In this document: in pieces, positions 59,451 to 64,000 of the stretch
Position numbering within the stretch: position 1 is the stretch's first letter
Layout: each line of letters starts with the position of its first letter
Origin: an uncultured Chloroflexia bacterium
GTDB taxonomy: Bacteria > Chloroflexota > Limnocylindria > Limnocylindrales > CSP1-4
Reading direction: 5' to 3'
Length of the DNA stretch: 64,000 nt
Assembly (NCBI GenBank): GCA_963820735.1
Contig: CAWGBA010000005.1
Span: 8,560-72,559 of the forward strand
Notes under the pieces: model-generated
Told to the model about the DNA's origin: nothing
Seen by the model: the letters and a program-made list of their open reading frames with translations, nothing else
Databases searched by the model: none
Position numbers and translations under genes: made by a program

Positions 59451-60707
59451 GTGACCGTCGCTCGGATCGCCGTGCGCCCTCGCCACCGCTCGCGCAGGAC
59501 CGCGTCCCGACCGACGCCGACCTCGCGCGCTGGACCGCCGACGATCGACGCGTCGCGGCCCCGCAGGCTGGCGGACCTGCGCGCGCGCATGGCGCGCGAG
59601 GGCGTCGACGCCTACTTCGGCGTTCGTCGCGAGAACACGCGCTACCTGACCGGCTTCGACCTGCGGCGACGGCGAGGAGAAGGTGGCCGGCGTGTCGGGC
59701 CAGTTCTTCGTCTCGCGGGACGAGGTCGTGGTGCTGGCGGACTCGCGCTACCGGCTCCAGGCCGCGGACGCAGTGCCCGGACGCGCGCATCGAGGACGTC
59801 TACGGCGACTTCGCGTCCGCTGGCCGGAGATCGTTCGGTCGCTGCGGCCCGTTAGGGCAGTGGCGGCGGCGAGGCAGGCGGCGTGCGGCGGGTGGCGCTC
59901 GAGGCCGGCTTCGTCAGCCACGCCACCTGGGACCGGCTGGCCGAGGCGGCCGACGGACCTCGAGCTGGTCCCGGTCGAGGGCTGGGTCGAGGAGCAGCGA
60001 CAGATCAAGGAGCCGTCCGAGCTCGAGCGGGTCGGCGTCGGCCTGCACGGTCGCCGATGACGCGCTGACCCGGCTGCTGCCGCAGATCCGCGCCGGGGTC
60101 ACGGAGCACGAGCTGGCCATGGCGCTCGAGTGGGAGATGCGCACCAACGGCGCCGAGGCGCTCGCCTTCGACGTGGCAGTGCTGGCCGGTCCGAACGCCG
60201 CACTGCCGCACGGCTCGCCGGGATCGCGGCAAGGTGGAGAAGCGGCGCCGTTCTGCTCTTCGACTTCGGCGCGCAGGTGTGCGGCTATCGATCGGACATG
60301 ACGCGGACGTTCTTCGTCGGCGAGCCGACGCGCGCGGGACGCCGAGATCTACCGGCTGGTCGCCGAGGCGCAGTCGGCGGCGTTCGAGGCGCTCGCGGAC
60401 GCGGTCGCGTCCGGCACGCGCCCGATCAACCGCGCGATCGACGCGGCCGCGAGGGACGTCGATCGCGGCCGCCGGCCACGGTGATCACTTCGGCCACGGT
60501 CTCGGCCACGGCATCGGCCTGGCCACGCACGAGCTGCCGTCGCTGGGACGCCTCGCGCCCGAGGCGACCGCTGCCGTCGCCGACGGTCTTCTCGGTCGAG
60601 CCGGGCGTCTATCTCGACCACGAGACCGGCGTGCGCATCGAGGATCTGGTCATCGTTCGACCTGGCCGAGCGGCCGGCTCGAGCGACTGACATCCTTTCC
60701 CGCGTGA
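59451..60707 (+). CDS. M24-family Xaa-Pro aminopeptidase, many frameshifts; both ends approximate
   Basis: RLADLRARMAREGVDAYFGVRRENTRYLTGF, VPVEGWVEEQRQIKEPSELERV, MALEWEMRTNGAEALAFDVAVLAGPNAALPHG, GHGLGHGIGLATHELP and VFSVEPGVYLDHETGVRIEDLVIV are scattered over three frames. Confidence 0.75.
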
Positions 60708-60765
60708 GGTCACGGTCGTCGGGGAGTAGCCGGTTGCAGGCTCGATCGCCACAGATGGACATGCC

Positions 60766-61582
60766 ATGAGCGGCGGCAACGGGCTGGCCGGTCGCAGTGT
60801 GACGAGCAAGGTCACGTCGATCCTGGACGCGTTCCGAACGTCCGAGCAGCAGCTTTCGCTGGCGGAGATCAGCGCACGGACGGGGATGCCGCTCTCGACC
60901 ACACATCGCCTGGCCAATGAGCTCGTCCGCTGGGGCGGCCTGGAGCGCGCACAGCGGGGCACGTATCGGGTAGGCATCCGGCTCTGGGAGATCGGGTCGC
61001 TGGCGCCGCAACGCAACGGCCTGCGTGAGATCGCCATCCCGTTCATGGAAGACCTCTATGAGGCAACGCACGAGAACGTGCAGCTGGCGGTGCTGGCCGG
61101 CCGGGAGGCGCTCTTCGTGGAGCGGATCAACGGTCGCCGCTCCGTGCCGACGGTCACCCGGGTCGGCGGCCGCCTGCCCCTCCACGCGACGGGCGTTGGC
61201 AAGGCGCTGCTTGCGCATGCGCCGGGATCGGTGCTCGAGGATGTGATCGCGGCCGGGTTGCCGGCACTGACCCCGGCGACGATCACCGACCCGCGGGCAC
61301 TGCGCGAGGCGCTCGCCGATGTCCGCCGGCTCGGCTACGCCTCGACGCGTGACGAAATGACGATCGGTGCCGTGTCCGTGGCAGCGCCGGTGTTCGGTGC
61401 GCGACGGCGAGGTCGTGGCCGCGATTTCCCTGGTCGTCGCGACCCATGGTGCCGACGTGGGCAGGCTGGCGCTGCCGGTCCGCACCGCGGCGCTGGGGTT
61501 GTCGAGACGCGTGGCCGAGTCATGGGACGGGCTCCTGCCGTTGCCCTATCTCGACGTTTCCACTCAACGGAAAACTCCCTAG
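60766..61582 (+). CDS. IclR-family transcriptional regulator, one frameshift near 61400
   Basis: VTSILDAFRTSEQQLSLAEISARTGMPLSTTHRLANELV (HTH) and GRLPLHATGVGKALLA lie in ORF 60766-. The C-terminus DGEVVAAISLVV... lies in ORF 61367-61582. Confidence 0.8.
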
Positions 61583-61711
61583 GCAGTCGACTCTCCGTTT
61601 GCTACGGTCCGGCGCCATCGGGTCCCGAACCTAACGGGCTCGGACCCGAGGAGGAGCGCACGGTCTCGGCGTCACCACCTGGGCGTCGCGGTCGTGCGGG
61701 GAAGGAGACTG

Positions 61712-63206
61712 ATGGCGGGACTGGAGTCCGATTCGGCGGTCCGTTCAGAGGAACCCGATCCCGCGGCTGGGGAGCCCGGGGAGTTGCCCGTCCGAACGCC
61801 GTGGAGCGCGCGGTTCTCGCGACGAACCGTGCTGCGAGTCACCGGGGTGACCGCCCTGGCGGCTGCCGCCGGCAGCCTGCTCGGGGCCCGCGGTGGAGCG
61901 GCCTCGACACCGACGCCACGGCGAGCGACCGTGGCTACGAGGGCTCAGGCGACAGCCGAGCCGGCGGCCAGCGCTGGCCCGTCGGTCGTCGCAGCGGCGG
62001 CACGATCACCATCGGCTTCGTGACGCCACTGACCGGTCCGCTGGCCGGCTTCGCGACCGGTGACCAGTTCATCGTCGACACGATCATGGCGACCGACGCC
62101 TACAAGAACGGCTTCACGGTCGGCGGCAAGAACTATTCCATCAACTTGATCGTCAAGGACAGCCAGTCCGACCCGAACCGGGCGGGTCAGGTCGCGCAGG
62201 ACCTGATCAACTCGAACCAGGTCGACCTGATCCTGACCACCTCCACGCCGGAGACGACCAACCCGGTCGCGACCATCGCCGAGCAGAACAAGACGCCCTG
62301 CCTCTCGACGGTCGTGCCGTGGCAGGCATGGTATTTCGGCCGGCAGGCGGATCCTGACCAATCCGGTGCCGTTCAAGTACACGACCATGTTCTTCTTCGG
62401 CGCCGAGTCCTTCGGCAAGTGCTTCATCCCGATGTGGGACCGCATCCCGACCAACAAGGTCGTCGCGGGTCAGTTCCCCAACGACGCCGACGGCAACGCG
62501 TTCCGGGCCTACTGGCCGGATGCCATCACGGCGGCCGGCTACACGTTCGTGGATGGCGGCGCGTACACGGACGGCACGACCGACTTCACCCAGATGATCA
62601 GCCAGTTCAAGCAGGCCGACGCGCAGGTCTTCATCAACGCGCCGTTGCCGCCCGACTTCAACACGTTCTGGCAGCAGGCCGCGCAGCAGGGCTGGAAACC
62701 GAAGATCGCGACCGTCGCCAAGGTGCTGCTCTTCCCGGCCGACACCGAGGCACTCGGCGACCTGGTCATCAACGTGGCCACCGACTGCTGGTGGGGCCCG
62801 TTCATGCCCTACAAGTCGTCGATCGACGGGACGACCAGCAAGCAGCTGGCCGACGCGTACACGGCCGCACAGCGGCAAGCAGTGGACGCAGTCGCTCGGC
62901 TCGACCTACTCGCTGTTCGAGATCGCGCAGCTCGCGCTCCAGGCGGCGTCCGATCCGCACGACCACGACGACGTCGCGTCGCAGCTGTTCAAGGTCAACT
63001 ACAACGGGATCTGCGGCCCGCTCGACTTCACCACCGGCCCGTCGCCGGCAGCGGGTGCGCCGACCATTCCCGGCATCGGCATCATCCGGCCGCTTGGCGT
63101 GCAATGGGTCAAGGGCCAGAGCTTCCCCTACGAGATGGTCGTCGTCGACAACAGCGTCAACCCGGACGTCCCGGTCACCGCCGATCTTCAGCCCACCAAC
63201 CCCTGA
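61712..63206 (+). CDS. Liv-type (branched-chain amino acid/amide family) ABC substrate-binding protein with a Tat-like signal, several frameshifts
   Basis: The ATG at 61712 follows GAAGGAG. The signal reads FSRRTVLRVTGVTALAAAAGSLLGA. TIGFVTPLTGPLAGFATGD, VKDSQSDPNRAGQVAQDLI, FPNDADGNAFRAYW and the C-terminus ending TADLQPTNP are spread over three frames. Confidence 0.7.
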
Positions 63207-63212
63207 GGCTTC

Positions 63213-63978
63213 GTGGCGGCCCTGCTCGAACTGGTTGACCTCTCCAAGCGGTTCGGGCAGGTCGTCGTCGCGGAGGATCTGAGCATCACGGTCGATGAGG
63301 GAGAGGCCGTTGGCGTGGTCGGACCGAACGGCGCCGGCAAGACCAGCCTCTTCGGCATGATCGCGGCGAGCTGGCGCCCGACCGCGGCGCAGATCCGGTT
63401 CGCGGGCAAGACGGTCACCGGACATGGAGCCGGCCGTGCGCTGCCAGATGGGAATCGGTCGCACCTACCAGGTGCCGCGCCCGTTCCAGGGCATGACCGT
63501 GTTCGAGAACGTGCTGGTGTCAGCACAGCAGGGCGGTGTCCTTCGCGGCGCCGCAGTCACGCGCGCGCATGTGGGGCGCTGGAACGAACCGGCCTGGCGG
63601 CATCGGCCAATCAAGCTGGCCGGCCGGCTCGGGTCTGCTCGACCGCAAGCGTCTCGAGCTGGCCCGAGCCCTGGCCACGCGGCCGCGACTGCTGCTGCTG
63701 GACGAGGTGGCCGGCGGGCCTGACCGACCCGGAGGTGTCCGAGCTGGTCGACATCGTCCGGGACGCGCGCGCCGAGGGCACCGCGGTGATCTGGATCGAG
63801 CACGTCGTGCGCGCCCTGACCGAGAGCGTCGAGCGGCTCATCTGCCTGGCCGTCGGGCCGCAAGGTCGGCGACGGTGATCCGGCCACGGTTCTCGCGAGC
63901 CAGGAGGTTCGCGAGCTGTTCCTTGGCACGGAACCGGACGCGGATCTGAGCGTGCCGGTCCACGGTGGTGCCGCATGA
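63213..63978 (+). CDS. Liv-type ABC transporter ATP-binding protein (LivG-like), frameshifted
   Basis: [75 protein letters not shown] and VIWIEHVVRAL lie in different frames. The reconstructed stop at 63976-63978 overlaps the next ATG. Confidence 0.7.
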
Positions 63979-64000
63979 CGGAGTCCGGGACCGCCCCCGC
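63975..64000 (+). CDS. start of the next ORF (possibly the LivF-like second ATPase), cut by the window edge
   Basis: There is an ATGA overlap with the preceding gene. Only 8 codons (MTESGTAP) are visible, so the identity is a guess from usual operon order. Confidence 0.2.

Overview
This 64-kb window reads as two compositionally different pieces joined near 6.85-6.96 kb.

Left piece (1-6.85 kb; lower and patchier G+C by hand counts):
- the 3' end of a PEGA-domain protein gene;
- a minus-strand type VI secretion-associated block: DUF2169 protein, HEAT-repeat protein, unknown 262-aa ORF, tssK, unknown low-GC 237-aa ORF.

Right piece (about 6.96-64 kb; uniformly very high G+C; gene content reminiscent of Chloroflexota or Actinomycetota, not determinable here):
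- a 5'-truncated sugar ABC importer plus ROK kinase, VapBC, and a DUF4143 ATPase;
- a 10.4-kb minus-strand gene train with almost no intergenic space: PEP-utilising swivel-domain protein, GntR, HprK-like P-loop protein, FAD/2Fe-2S/Mo hydroxylase subunits, PPDK-like enzyme, phosphotriesterase-like hydrolase;
- a 19-kb plus-strand catabolic train: transaldolase, SDRs, MBL hydrolase, GMC oxidoreductase, ALDH, DapA-like aldolase, CoA-transferase, enoyl-CoA hydratase, LLM oxidoreductase, aroE-like gene, FAH, creatininase-family protein, a second Mo hydroxylase with an apparently split Mo subunit, cupin;
- housekeeping genes: cysteine desulfurase-mnmA, TetR plus ABC-2 exporter, alaS, an FtsA-like ATPase, a baseplate-J-like membrane protein, ruvX, mltG, an M24 peptidase, IclR and a Liv-type importer.

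I recognised no rRNA, tRNA, CRISPR array, transposase or integrase.

Many genes are broken by frameshifts, including essential ones (alaS needs at least ten frame changes). Gene spans are therefore reconstructed across ORF-track fragments, and all family calls rest on motif recognition by eye.

Most worth a second look:
- the tightly coupled Mo-hydroxylase/phosphotransfer operon (14.5-25.4 kb);
- a perfect 27-nt x13 in-frame tandem repeat inside the PPDK-like gene;
- a repeat-dense 615-bp intergenic region (33.66-34.27 kb);
- the FtsA-like plus baseplate-J-like pair between alaS and ruvX;
- the abrupt junction at about 6.9 kb.
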